Below, piece by piece: positions 9,467 through 19,646 of a DNA stretch of 64,000 nt (position 1 is the first letter of the stretch; each line of letters opens with the position of its first letter). The position numbers and the translations under genes are program-made. The notes beneath the pieces are model-generated. The model made no database searches, was not told where the DNA came from, and saw only the letters and a program-made list of their open reading frames with translations. The stretch is from Fibrobacteria bacterium (lineage in GTDB: Bacteria > Fibrobacterota > Fibrobacteria > UBA11236): the NCBI GenBank assembly GCA_043732185.1, contig JAYTHY010000066.1, forward strand, positions 22,867 through 86,866, read 5' to 3'.

Positions 9467-12400
9467 TTAGGGCTGTTTCTCGCCTTCACTTGGAAATTGC
9501 TTCAAAACGGTCAGCTTGAGGCCTGAGCTGGATAAAATCGGTTCCCATTCCGTCTGGATTTTGAAATATTCTTCGGGGGCGGCCACGAAGGGTTCGATAC
9601 GCCATTTTTGGGTTATGGTCATTGAGTGGGAATCCCTTTCATTCACGGACAGCATCCAGTGCAAGTAGTGTTCGCTCAATTCACGGTCCAGGCTCAGGGG
9701 CTTCCACGTATACTCATTCGGGAGTTCATATTGCCATTGGGATTGAATTTGGATCTCGTGCGGAAAATAAACCGGAGCCCTTCGATTGTCGGCTTTGGGA
9801 AATCGTAGAAAGCTCAATTCCAACATTGGAAAATGTTCGAATTCCTGTGGGCTAGCATGCATTTGAAATTTCCGTCGATATTTAAATACCATGACTAGCG
9901 GGGCGTCAGCATCGTCTTCATTCATCACCCTGAACCGTTCATCGGCAAAGCTGGGGTAACTTTGCGCCAACCAGCTGAGAAGGTTTTCATACTTAGTGGC
10001 CTTATTCCAAGTTCGCATGTGGGTGCGGAATTCACCTGCCACTTTGCCGGTCATAACTAGGCTGTCTTCACCCAATGCGGATTGGGCTGTTTCAACCTTT
10101 ACGTGATGGAATACTTGCACGCGGTGTTCACCCGAGCTGTCCAATTCCGGAATGGTGGCAATGTGAGAGTTTTCCGCATTCAAGACCAAAACGTTTTTGC
10201 CTTCTAAGGCCAGCGGCGTGCGCCTAAAAGCGTATTGTTTGTCCGTGGGGTCTAGAAAATATTCTGGCATGCCTTTTTGTGCTGGCACTTGAACAATCAT
10301 ATGGTTGAATTGGTGCAGGCTGGGTTGATCCAAATCACCCACATGGTTCAGGCTCACCAGGCACAGGTGCGCTTCCAGAGATTGCGCGTTCAGCATTTGC
10401 ATCAGCAACAAGGCATGGCCCTTGCAATCCGAATATCCATTAGTCAAAACAGTTTCACTTTTATCCGGCACTAAAGCTTGTAAGCTGAATTCAAAATTGT
10501 TGTAGCGCACGGAATCGCGTACAAACCGAAACAAGGCCTGAACGGGATTTCCATTTCGGTTATGTTCCATGATTTCTAAGGCCCGCTCCCGTACAGGTAC
10601 CGGTAAGGAATCAAAACGGATCCCCGCTTTTTTAAGCATTTGCTGGTAGCTTTTGCCTACTTCCGGCCAGGTCGTGAAAGGAGCAGCTGAGAATCCCGTC
10701 CCGAATTCATCATTGGCCGGGCGGAAATTGTCCTCGAAACCAGCCAGAGGTTCATTCATGCGAATGGCAATCCGATCAGCAAGGCTATCGATTTTAGCTT
10801 CGCCAAAGGCACTGACAATAAGGTGTTTGGGAGGATGCAGAATTTCAAAGCGACATTCCAGAATTGGAAAAGGGTAGGCGTGGTCATAGCGAAGGTAAGG
10901 AAATTCCGCGACAGGAAGCTGTGATTCTTCTGTGGTCATAATTTCCAAGTATTGTATTCCCGGCCTGGTTTTGATGGGCAAGTGTACGAGCAGGTTTTCC
11001 GGATGTAAAGTGGAGTTATGACTTTTGGTTACATAGAAGTCGCCGAAGTGTTCTTCATCCATCAGTTTGAGATTTGCATTGTAGAGTCGAAATTGATTGA
11101 CATAGAACCGGGAATAATTTGGATTGATCTCATAGGTGAGTTCAGACAGACGGATGAGTTTTCGGGCGTCGTGTATGTAATAGATTTGATGCCGAGTTTT
11201 TTTCCATCGGCCCTTGGGAACCCAGCTATATACGATATTTTGGCTGAGTAATGTCAAAGGAAATTGACCCGCAAGTTTTTGATTATCTGCGACATTGAGT
11301 AAGGCTTTGGCTGCTGTCAAAGAACCCTTGGTTTTTAACGGTGACAACGGTGTACGCAAAATGAGGTTGCTGCGGTTTCCCATTAAGGCCGAAATTTGCG
11401 TCGACAATTGTTGGGCATCTCGATTGGCAGGATCTAGGGACAGTGCGGCTTGGGCCGAGGCCGCGGCCAATTGATACAGCTTCAAATTGAATTCGCAAAT
11501 GCCTTTGAACAAATAATTGTTGGAGGTGGGTGGAAATTTTTCACCTAAACTACGCTGGTATTCCAAAGCGGTTTCGTACTCCTTGAGCCCGGCTAAAGCG
11601 CGCAGGTAATATTCAACAGAATTTGGACTCGGAGGTGTATTCAAATGCGCTTGAACCAAAACCAGCCGGGCATTTTCATATTCTTCCAAGCCGAGCAAAG
11701 TAGACGCAAGATATATGGAAAGACGAAAATCCGGTTTTTCTTCGTATCGGCGTAACAAAACATTTTTCGAGTGCACACGCTCACCCAAACCCCACAAGGC
11801 ATCGGAAAGGTTGATGAGCCATTCGGTATTCGTCGGGTCCAATTCTAAGGCATGGATGGCCCAGGATTTGGCTTCCTGGTACCGACTGAGTTCCTCGTTC
11901 ATGGCTCCCATGGTGCCTGCCAGTTGGGAAGACTGGGCAAGAAGCGCGGGATAATTGGATAGGTAGTCTATACCCCCGAGGTTGTCTTTTCGAAGTTGAA
12001 AAATGGCTGCGCAATTGATGAGGTAAGCGGCGTTTGAGGTATCAAGTGACAATGCAGTTTGAAAATGTTTTAGTGCCGACTGCCAATTCGTATCCTCTAG
12101 GGCTTTGAGTCCCCAGGTATTTTCAAGGCTGGCTTTAAAGGAACGCCGCGAGAGTTCTGTTGCATCACTGGAACGCTGCGGACGAGGACTCATGTCAATA
12201 TCCGGCAGGATTCCGATTTGACTTGGCTCTAGCTGGTTTTTTGATTCAATATGGATGAAGAGAATACTCGTATCGCTTCGAACTAAAATCCCCCAATGCC
12301 TGATTGTGTCCTGGGCAGGTTTGAAAAAAACCATCCCTTTTGGCAATGATGGAAGGGCTTCCCGGGCGGTAACCGGATCGGCTTTGAATAAATAGGCCAG

Positions 12401-12799
12401 GGCAGGTGAAAGGGAATCCGGTTTTAAAAAGTCATGTGACCCGCTTGTTTCGTAAAAAGTGATGCGCACCTTGCGATCGGTAATCTTGACAAGGGTTTTG
12501 GTCGGTATGCCTATATCCGTACTCACATTCGGGACTTCCAGCCAGCTTGGTGCGGTAGCGGAAAAACTCCAACCGGTCCCGCTTTGATACGCGTGAAAAA
12601 TATGGCTAGGAACGTGTTTGTCGCCCCTTACGGTCGAGACCTCAAATATGGTGGAATCGATTCCATGCTCAGGTATAGCATGCGTCCGAGTCAGGAGTGG
12701 GGATGCACAACTTGCTATCCAGAGCGCCGTGGCTGCTGCAAGCAATTGTAGGCCAAGAAAGGAACCAGCTCGCATTATCGTAAATTTACGAAACGACAA
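9467..12799 (-). CDS. Lipoprotein with TPR repeats, DUF3857-like domain and transglutaminase-like catalytic domain
   Basis: Lipobox WIASC, TPR-like helices (ALELDPTN, ALSLDPAN), and triad motifs GYSDCKGHALLL, FNHMIV and YFLDPT. Confidence 0.8.
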   Translation of the reverse strand: MSFRKFTIMRAGSFLGLQLLAAATALWIASCASPLLTRTHAIPEHGIDSTIFEVSTVRGDKHVPSHIFHAYQSGTGWSFSATAPSWLEVPNVSTDIGIPTKTLVKITDRKVRITFYETSGSHDFLKPDSLSPALAYLFKADPVTAREALPSLPKGMVFFKPAQDTIRHWGILVRSDTSILFIHIESKNQLEPSQIGILPDIDMSPRPQRSSDATELSRRSFKASLENTWGLKALEDTNWQSALKHFQTALSLDTSNAAYLINCAAIFQLRKDNLGGIDYLSNYPALLAQSSQLAGTMGAMNEELSRYQEAKSWAIHALELDPTNTEWLINLSDALWGLGERVHSKNVLLRRYEEKPDFRLSIYLASTLLGLEEYENARLVLVQAHLNTPPSPNSVEYYLRALAGLKEYETALEYQRSLGEKFPPTSNNYLFKGICEFNLKLYQLAAASAQAALSLDPANRDAQQLSTQISALMGNRSNLILRTPLSPLKTKGSLTAAKALLNVADNQKLAGQFPLTLLSQNIVYSWVPKGRWKKTRHQIYYIHDARKLIRLSELTYEINPNYSRFYVNQFRLYNANLKLMDEEHFGDFYVTKSHNSTLHPENLLVHLPIKTRPGIQYLEIMTTEESQLPVAEFPYLRYDHAYPFPILECRFEILHPPKHLIVSAFGEAKIDSLADRIAIRMNEPLAGFEDNFRPANDEFGTGFSAAPFTTWPEVGKSYQQMLKKAGIRFDSLPVPVRERALEIMEHNRNGNPVQALFRFVRDSVRYNNFEFSLQALVPDKSETVLTNGYSDCKGHALLLMQMLNAQSLEAHLCLVSLNHVGDLDQPSLHQFNHMIVQVPAQKGMPEYFLDPTDKQYAFRRTPLALEGKNVLVLNAENSHIATIPELDSSGEHRVQVFHHVKVETAQSALGEDSLVMTGKVAGEFRTHMRTWNKATKYENLLSWLAQSYPSFADERFRVMNEDDADAPLVMVFKYRRKFQMHASPQEFEHFPMLELSFLRFPKADNRRAPVYFPHEIQIQSQWQYELPNEYTWKPLSLDRELSEHYLHWMLSVNERDSHSMTITQKWRIEPFVAAPEEYFKIQTEWEPILSSSGLKLTVLKQFPSEGEKQP

Positions 12800-12836
12800 T
12801 AGGTACAGACTTCCTTGGACGAATTATATTTGTTCC

Positions 12837-14186
12837 ATGACAGGTGGAATAGGTGACTTCAGCGTATCGGCCGGCAAGGATGTGTCAGGAAGGGAATTTA
12901 GCCGGGAATCCGGCCGCGGTTCCGGTAAAGGCAATCTTCACTATATCATTCTGCTTAAGAAAAGCTGGCAGCAGGACGCGCCGCTTCGATTTCACAGCGG
13001 ATTGCTCGAGGATCTTCGCAATCGATTGAAGTTAAACGCCAAGGTTCCGTTGCCGGAAATGCCTAACTTCTTTCCCATGGGAGCGGAAGGAGACATCACT
13101 TTCGCGGGCCGCCATGTTCTGCATGTGGACTCTGCCCTTAGGGAGCAGACGCTGTTTTCGCATTTGGAAACACTACGGCTGCTGGTTCAGAAATGTGCGG
13201 AACGAAAAACTATTTTCCCCGAATTCGTCGCCAACTTGAATAAAATTCCCATTCCCGCCTCTTGGCGCAATGAAATTGTGAACGGCCTTTTTCAAACCGC
13301 GCAGGCGAATGAGCCCGTCAAATCAACGCCAAAGCCTCCCGGACTGTCGCAGGATATCGATAAACTGATGGGGCTTTTACAAGAAAAAGATACTGGCGGT
13401 TCCCGACTCAGTCCCCATCTCGGTCATTTTTTGGACGAAGTCGGCCGAGACAGCACTGGTTTTATTCTCCGCGATGGTGCTGCAAAACAGCTCTTTCAGG
13501 ATTTGACGCAAACCCTTGTCGCCCTTAGGAGCAGTTTGCTGCGCCAGCCTTCCTTAGCGGAAACATTGGGGTTTATCTGTTCCCTGCAAAGGCTGGCCCG
13601 CTGCGCCAAAGGTCGGGACCGACAATGTGTCCACCTTTGGTCGGAAATCCCAGAACATCCAGAGGCATTATTGGTGGGTGAAAATGCTGACGAGGCGGGG
13701 GATACGGCTGTAGCCATTGTGTTGCTCGATCCCTGGGAACGGGAACCGGATTTCCTTAAGAAAACGGCCAACTTATCCGCGGCACTCAATTGTCCGGTCC
13801 TCATGCAAATACCTGGAGAGGCTTTACCGGAGGGCGAAGCCCTGACGACGCTTTTTGAAAGGCTGCGCCTTTCCCAAGCCTTCTTTTTTGCCGGCGGTGT
13901 TGCATCGCGTGTGGATGAAGAGGCCTGTGTCTTTAGGCCCGCAGCATTAGCCTTCTTGGAAGGGCTAGTATCTGCCAAGGAAGATGTGGACTATTATGTG
14001 CACCGCGCTATGGTGCTGGAAGATCAGGATTTGATAACTGAAAAAGGCCAGGCACGATCTTCCGATCGACTTATGGATCAAACCCAAGTGAATACCTTTA
14101 GCGAAAAGAAAATAAATCGGGTCAATGGGGCCAAGAACCAAAGTAAGGTTTCCTTCCCACTTTTGACTCCTTGGGGGAATGTATGA
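12837..14186 (+). CDS. Hypothetical protein; putative highly divergent TssB-TssC (contractile sheath)-like fusion
   Basis: Long ORF with likely start ATG 12837. The order of hydrophobic patterns parallels the TssB C-terminal half and then TssC (see findings). Not confirmed by profile search. Confidence 0.5.
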   Translation: MTGGIGDFSVSAGKDVSGREFSRESGRGSGKGNLHYIILLKKSWQQDAPLRFHSGLLEDLRNRLKLNAKVPLPEMPNFFPMGAEGDITFAGRHVLHVDSALREQTLFSHLETLRLLVQKCAERKTIFPEFVANLNKIPIPASWRNEIVNGLFQTAQANEPVKSTPKPPGLSQDIDKLMGLLQEKDTGGSRLSPHLGHFLDEVGRDSTGFILRDGAAKQLFQDLTQTLVALRSSLLRQPSLAETLGFICSLQRLARCAKGRDRQCVHLWSEIPEHPEALLVGENADEAGDTAVAIVLLDPWEREPDFLKKTANLSAALNCPVLMQIPGEALPEGEALTTLFERLRLSQAFFFAGGVASRVDEEACVFRPAALAFLEGLVSAKEDVDYYVHRAMVLEDQDLITEKGQARSSDRLMDQTQVNTFSEKKINRVNGAKNQSKVSFPLLTPWGNV

Positions 14187-14232
14187 GATCGGTTTCCAGC
14201 AGGTCGTACAACCGAACTCCGGGAAATTAAAC

Positions 14233-15876
14233 ATGGCGGATATTTTTCTTCAAGTCATTTCCGGGGTACAAGTTGGCCGCAAAATCAGGGTAGGGGACGG
14301 ACTCACCTTGGGACGAAATGCGGAAAACTCCATTTGCTTTTCCGGGCCCGATGGAACGTTGGTTTCCGGTAAACATGCCATTATTGAAAAGCGCAATCAG
14401 GTGTTGTTACTTCGTGATTTAGGCAGCACCAACGGCACCTTTATCAACGGGGAACAAGTAGCGGAACATGAAATCGAGGTCGATGAAATCATCAGTTTGG
14501 GTGTCAGTGGACCAAAACTGAGGGTAATCGATCGAATAGCCGGAGCTACCGATTCCACTACCATTAAACCTGTTTCCGGCCTGGCTCCAGCCGTTTCTGC
14601 CCAGGAAGCCAAACAACTCCGTACTGATTTTGAGAACAAACGAACGCCTCCCAAGGCAGTGGCGCCACCCGGGTTCCTAAAATCCAAGAAAAAAGGTGGG
14701 CGTGGCGGCCAGACTCCAGACCACATGGGTGATTTTGGTGGGGACTATGCCGAAGGGGATGATGTCGGTAATTACACTATGGGTTTGGCGCAAAGACTAA
14801 AAGACGATGAAGCCGGCCATGATGAGCTTAAGGATTTGATCAAAGACAAAGGCCGCGCGGAACGCATTTTGAAAAGTGGAGTTTTGAGTAAACGCGATGC
14901 GATGATGATTCATTCCGCTGCTTCTACTTTTTCTTCGCATAAAAAGCGCGCCTGGTGGATTCTCGGATCCGTTTCCACCGTTGCCTTAATTATAGTGGCA
15001 GTTTTGTTATACCAGAATATGGGATATCGAGGCAAGGTCAAGCAACAGGAAAATCTGCTTTCTACAGCGCGTAATTTGGAGTCTCAGCTTGCTGAAGCCA
15101 AGCAGGCAGGCCCCGCCGAAAGCGATGAAGAAAAGGCCATACTAGTATCGAAACTTCGTGCCGCCGAGCGGCAATTGATGAGTGTGCGGTCTAACTTGAA
15201 ATCCTCCGATGTCATCAATACCTATAAAAATCCTTTGGGGCGTGAAATCCATACCATTCTGGAAGGTTTTGGAAAACGCGATTACATCGTCCCGGATATC
15301 TTTATCAATCAGGTTGAAAAGCATATTTACTCATTCACGAAAACGTCTTCGCGTAACATCATGGAACGCTCTTTCGCCAATAGCCACAAATACAAACAGC
15401 TCATTGAAAACGAATTGCTGAAGCAAGGCATGCCCATGGCATTCCTTTATCTTTCCATGCATGAAAGTCTGCTGGACAGCGGCATTGTCAGTAAGGCTGG
15501 CGCGCGCGGACTCTGGCAATTTATGCCACAAACCGCCCGGGATTATGGGCTCAAGGTTCCCGACAATTGGGAAAACCTACCGCCTGAAGAGGATCAACGC
15601 ACCAATCCGCAACTTGCCACGCAGGCCGGAGTCAAATATGTCAAAACGCTATATGCGGAATTTGGCGATGTTGCTTTGGCTATGGCAGCGTACAATGCCG
15701 GTGAGGGTCGCATCCGCAAGGCCCTGCGCAGTATTGATGATCCCATCAATAATCGCGATTTCTGGTATATTTATCGGTTAGGCACATTGGCAGAAGAAAC
15801 CAATGAATACGTCCCGAAAATTATAGCCACTATGATTATCGACAAAAACCATTCGCGCTACGGTTTCAGCGAGTAG
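14233..15876 (+). CDS. FHA domain - TM - coiled coil - MltD-like lytic transglycosylase (SLT)
   Basis: FHA motifs LGRN, VSGKHA and DLGSTNGTFING. TM WWILGSVSTVALIIVAVLLY. SLT motifs HES, GARGLWQFMPQTA, AAYNAGEG and ETNEYVPKI. The start may be 14179 or 14233. Confidence 0.88.
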   Translation: MADIFLQVISGVQVGRKIRVGDGLTLGRNAENSICFSGPDGTLVSGKHAIIEKRNQVLLLRDLGSTNGTFINGEQVAEHEIEVDEIISLGVSGPKLRVIDRIAGATDSTTIKPVSGLAPAVSAQEAKQLRTDFENKRTPPKAVAPPGFLKSKKKGGRGGQTPDHMGDFGGDYAEGDDVGNYTMGLAQRLKDDEAGHDELKDLIKDKGRAERILKSGVLSKRDAMMIHSAASTFSSHKKRAWWILGSVSTVALIIVAVLLYQNMGYRGKVKQQENLLSTARNLESQLAEAKQAGPAESDEEKAILVSKLRAAERQLMSVRSNLKSSDVINTYKNPLGREIHTILEGFGKRDYIVPDIFINQVEKHIYSFTKTSSRNIMERSFANSHKYKQLIENELLKQGMPMAFLYLSMHESLLDSGIVSKAGARGLWQFMPQTARDYGLKVPDNWENLPPEEDQRTNPQLATQAGVKYVKTLYAEFGDVALAMAAYNAGEGRIRKALRSIDDPINNRDFWYIYRLGTLAEETNEYVPKIIATMIIDKNHSRYGFSE

Positions 15877-15918
15877 GATTTTAGCATTCAAGCTTGAGTT
15901 TAGCGCCATTCGGCAATC

Positions 15919-15947
15919 TTGCACTCTGAATGGCCAACAAGTATATT
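15919..15947 (+). promoter_or_regulatory. Putative sigma70 promoter of the gap operon
   Basis: TTGCAC (15919-24), 17-nt spacer, TATATT (15942-47), about 40 nt upstream of the gap start. Confidence 0.55.
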
Positions 15948-15983
15948 TCCGTCCGCAACAGCAATTCATTTACTAGGAGGTAA

Positions 15984-16988
<1,005 letters not shown>

Positions 16989-17023
16989 TAGCAGCTTCGC
17001 CCTTTAAATCAGGAATCTAAATC

Positions 17024-18238
17024 ATGGCTAAACTTTTCGTCGAGGATCTTATCGGGCCCAAAGGGCCCGGCCTTAAGGGCAAACGAGTGATCACACGCGT
17101 TGATTTCAACGTGCCCATCAAGGATGGTCAGGTGGAAAGTGAAAAGCGACTGGTAGAGTCGCTGCCTACCTTAAAGTTTCTGATTGCCGCAGGTGCGAAA
17201 ACCATTCTCATGTCGCATTTAGGCCGACCTAAAGGCGTTACGGAATCTTTGCGCTTAGCCCCAGTGGCCAAAGTGCTTTCCAGACTTTTGGGTCGGAACG
17301 TGCAAACCGTTTCGGATTGTATTGGGCCGGAAGTTGAGAAAGCTGTCGCAGCTCTTCAAGATGGCGATGTTCTCCTGCTTGAAAATCTCCGCTTTCATAC
17401 CGAAGAAGAAGGCAACGACACCGGCTTCGCGAAACAGTTGGCCGCTCTCGCTGAAATCTATGTGAACGATGCTTTTGGCAGTGCCCACAGGGCCCATGCG
17501 TCTACGGAAGGCATCACCCATTTTCTGTCCATCAGCGCGGCCGGCTTTCTTATGAAAAAAGAGCTCGATTTTTTGGGAGCTGCTTTGGATCAGCCCAAAC
17601 ACCCTTTTGTGTCCATCATAGGCGGCGCAAAAATTTCCGGTAAAATCGACGTCATCGAAGCTTTGCTTCCCAAGGTGGACAAACTCCTTATCGGCGGCGG
17701 AATGGCGTACACCTTTCTCAAAGCCATGGGTTTGGAAATTGGGAAATCCTTGGTAGAGAATGATAAGATCGACCTGGCCAAGGCCTTGCTCGCACGCGGC
17801 GGCGATAAAATCCAACTTCCCGTGGACTTTATGGTAACCGACATGCTCGACTTTAAGGGCCGCAAATTAGGCACCTTGCAGGCCGTCCCACGTGAAGGCA
17901 TTCCTACCACCATGGAGTCAGTGGATATTGGTCCCAAGTCGGCGGAGCTTTTTTCAACGATTGTAAAGTCTGCGAAAACGGTGGTCTGGAATGGACCCAT
18001 GGGTGTTTTTGAAATCAAGGAAAGCGCTGCCGGTACTTTCGCTGTTGCCAATGCATTGGTCGCGGCCACCTCACACGGCGCAATTACCATTATCGGTGGT
18101 GGGGATTCCGCTGCTGCCATTGAACAATTGGGTTTGGCCGAAAAGGTTTCCCATGTTTCCACCGGTGGTGGGGCTTCTTTGGAGTTTTTGGAAGGCAAAG
18201 TGTTGCCGGGCGTCCATGCCCTTACGGAAAAGGTCTAG
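17024..18238 (+). CDS. pgk: Phosphoglycerate kinase
   Basis: Motifs RVDFNVP, SHLGRP, LENLRF, WNGPMGVFE and STGGGASLE. Confidence 0.98.
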   Translation: MAKLFVEDLIGPKGPGLKGKRVITRVDFNVPIKDGQVESEKRLVESLPTLKFLIAAGAKTILMSHLGRPKGVTESLRLAPVAKVLSRLLGRNVQTVSDCIGPEVEKAVAALQDGDVLLLENLRFHTEEEGNDTGFAKQLAALAEIYVNDAFGSAHRAHASTEGITHFLSISAAGFLMKKELDFLGAALDQPKHPFVSIIGGAKISGKIDVIEALLPKVDKLLIGGGMAYTFLKAMGLEIGKSLVENDKIDLAKALLARGGDKIQLPVDFMVTDMLDFKGRKLGTLQAVPREGIPTTMESVDIGPKSAELFSTIVKSAKTVVWNGPMGVFEIKESAAGTFAVANALVAATSHGAITIIGGGDSAAAIEQLGLAEKVSHVSTGGGASLEFLEGKVLPGVHALTEKV

Positions 18239-18241
18239 ATC

Positions 18242-19003
18242 ATGCGCAAGAAAATCGTAGCCGGCAATTGGAAAATGAATAAAACCGTTTCGGAGTCCGC
18301 GGCTTTGGCCACCGACTTGGTGGCGGCTGTCAAAGGGCAGACCTACGTGGAATCCTGCGATATCGTGATCTGCCCCACTTTTCTTGCGTTAGATAGGGTT
18401 AGTGGTATCGTAAAAGGTACGGGCATTAAACTTGGGGCTCAGGATGTACACTGGGAAAATCAAGGCGCATTTACCAGCAAAATTTCCTTGGATATGCTCA
18501 AAGCCCTTGGCGTAACCTACGTGATACTAGGCCATTCAGAGTTACGTACTTTTTTTGACGAAACCGATGAAAACGTGCGTCGTAAAACCGCCAAAACCAT
18601 CGCGGAAGGGCTCACACCCATCATTTGCGTAGGGGAGACTTTGGCCGAACGCGATGCCGGTATTACCGAACAGGTGATTGCTACCCAAGTGAAAGCCGCC
18701 TACCAGGGCCTATCCAAAGCCGATGCGGACAAAACGGTTATTGCCTATGAGCCTGTGTGGGCGATTGGAACCGGCCGGACGGCCTCTGATGAGCAAGCGC
18801 AAGCGGTGCATAAATTTATTCGTGGATTATTGCTCGGACTGTATGACCTGGAACTTTCGGAAGGCGTTCGAATTCAATACGGTGGAAGCATGAAGCCCGA
18901 AAATGCATCTGGTTTGCTCCATCAATCCGATGTCGATGGCGGGCTTATTGGTGGCGCTTCCTTGAAGGTGGAAAGTTTTTTAGGTATTATTAAAGCCGCC
19001 TAA
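18242..19003 (+). CDS. tpiA: Triosephosphate isomerase
   Basis: Motifs AGNWKMN, GHSE, AYEPVWAIGTG, YGGS and GGASL. Confidence 0.98.
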   Translation: MRKKIVAGNWKMNKTVSESAALATDLVAAVKGQTYVESCDIVICPTFLALDRVSGIVKGTGIKLGAQDVHWENQGAFTSKISLDMLKALGVTYVILGHSELRTFFDETDENVRRKTAKTIAEGLTPIICVGETLAERDAGITEQVIATQVKAAYQGLSKADADKTVIAYEPVWAIGTGRTASDEQAQAVHKFIRGLLLGLYDLELSEGVRIQYGGSMKPENASGLLHQSDVDGGLIGGASLKVESFLGIIKAA

Positions 19004-19019
19004 ACATCAGGAAAACTGC

Positions 19020-19484
19020 ATGAATCACTGGATTTTCGTCGCATTAGTCGTGCTCCATATTTTCGTTTGCGTCTTGTTGGTTCTTTTGATCCTGGTCCAA
19101 AACGACAAAGGCGGTGGATTAGCCGGTGCTTTTGGTGGCATGGGGGGCGGAGCGGCCTTTACCGGCAGTTCGGCAGCCACATTTTTAACCAAACTCACGC
19201 AGGGTGCTGCATTTGCCTCTTTTATCCTACTCATCGGCCTTAATATCCTTTCCACTAAAGGGATTGATAGCGGTCGTCGTTCATCAGAGCTGAAATCAGC
19301 CCGACATGGACTTTCCAGCGTATTGCCAAACTCGCCTGCGCCTACAGCAGGCGGAGCGGGTGCGCCATCTGCCATTCCTGGATTGGGACAGGCGACTGAA
19401 AAATCTGTTCCGAATGGGGCTGCGCAATCCGCACCGGCCGGCACAGAGGCACCCACAGGCGCTGCAGGACAGACTAGCAAATAA
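19020..19484 (+). CDS. secG: Preprotein translocase subunit SecG
   Basis: Two TM helices flanking LVQNDKGGGLAGAFGG, FLTKLT, and position after tpiA. Confidence 0.93.
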   Translation: MNHWIFVALVVLHIFVCVLLVLLILVQNDKGGGLAGAFGGMGGGAAFTGSSAATFLTKLTQGAAFASFILLIGLNILSTKGIDSGRRSSELKSARHGLSSVLPNSPAPTAGGAGAPSAIPGLGQATEKSVPNGAAQSAPAGTEAPTGAAGQTSK

Positions 19485-19512
19485 GGAAATCGATTAGGTA
19501 TTCGCAAGTTTC

Positions 19513-19595
19513 GCGGTCGTGGTGAAATGGTAGACACGCCAGCTTGAGGTGCTGGTGGGGGCAACCCCTTCGCGGTTCAAGTCCGCGCGACCGCA
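19513..19595 (+). tRNA. tRNA-Leu(GAG)
   Basis: Acceptor stem GCGGTCG/CGACCGC, anticodon arm CCAGC-TT-GAG-GT-GCTGG, long variable arm, GGTTCAAGTCC T-loop. CCA is not encoded. Matches the classic secG-tRNA-Leu synteny. Confidence 0.96.
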
Positions 19596-19646
19596 GTTTT
19601 CTTGCTATCCTACTCAGTGCTCTAGTCAATCTAACAGAGGTTTCGC

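Noticed and set aside
12618..12836. N-terminal extension of the sheath-like ORF given in the ORF track
   Set aside because: It overlaps the start of the opposite-strand 1110-aa gene; ATG 12837 is more plausible.
12618..15876. A complete type VI secretion system
   Set aside because: No hcp, vgrG, PAAR, baseplate, tssJLM or clpV genes in the window; only a weak sheath-like resemblance.
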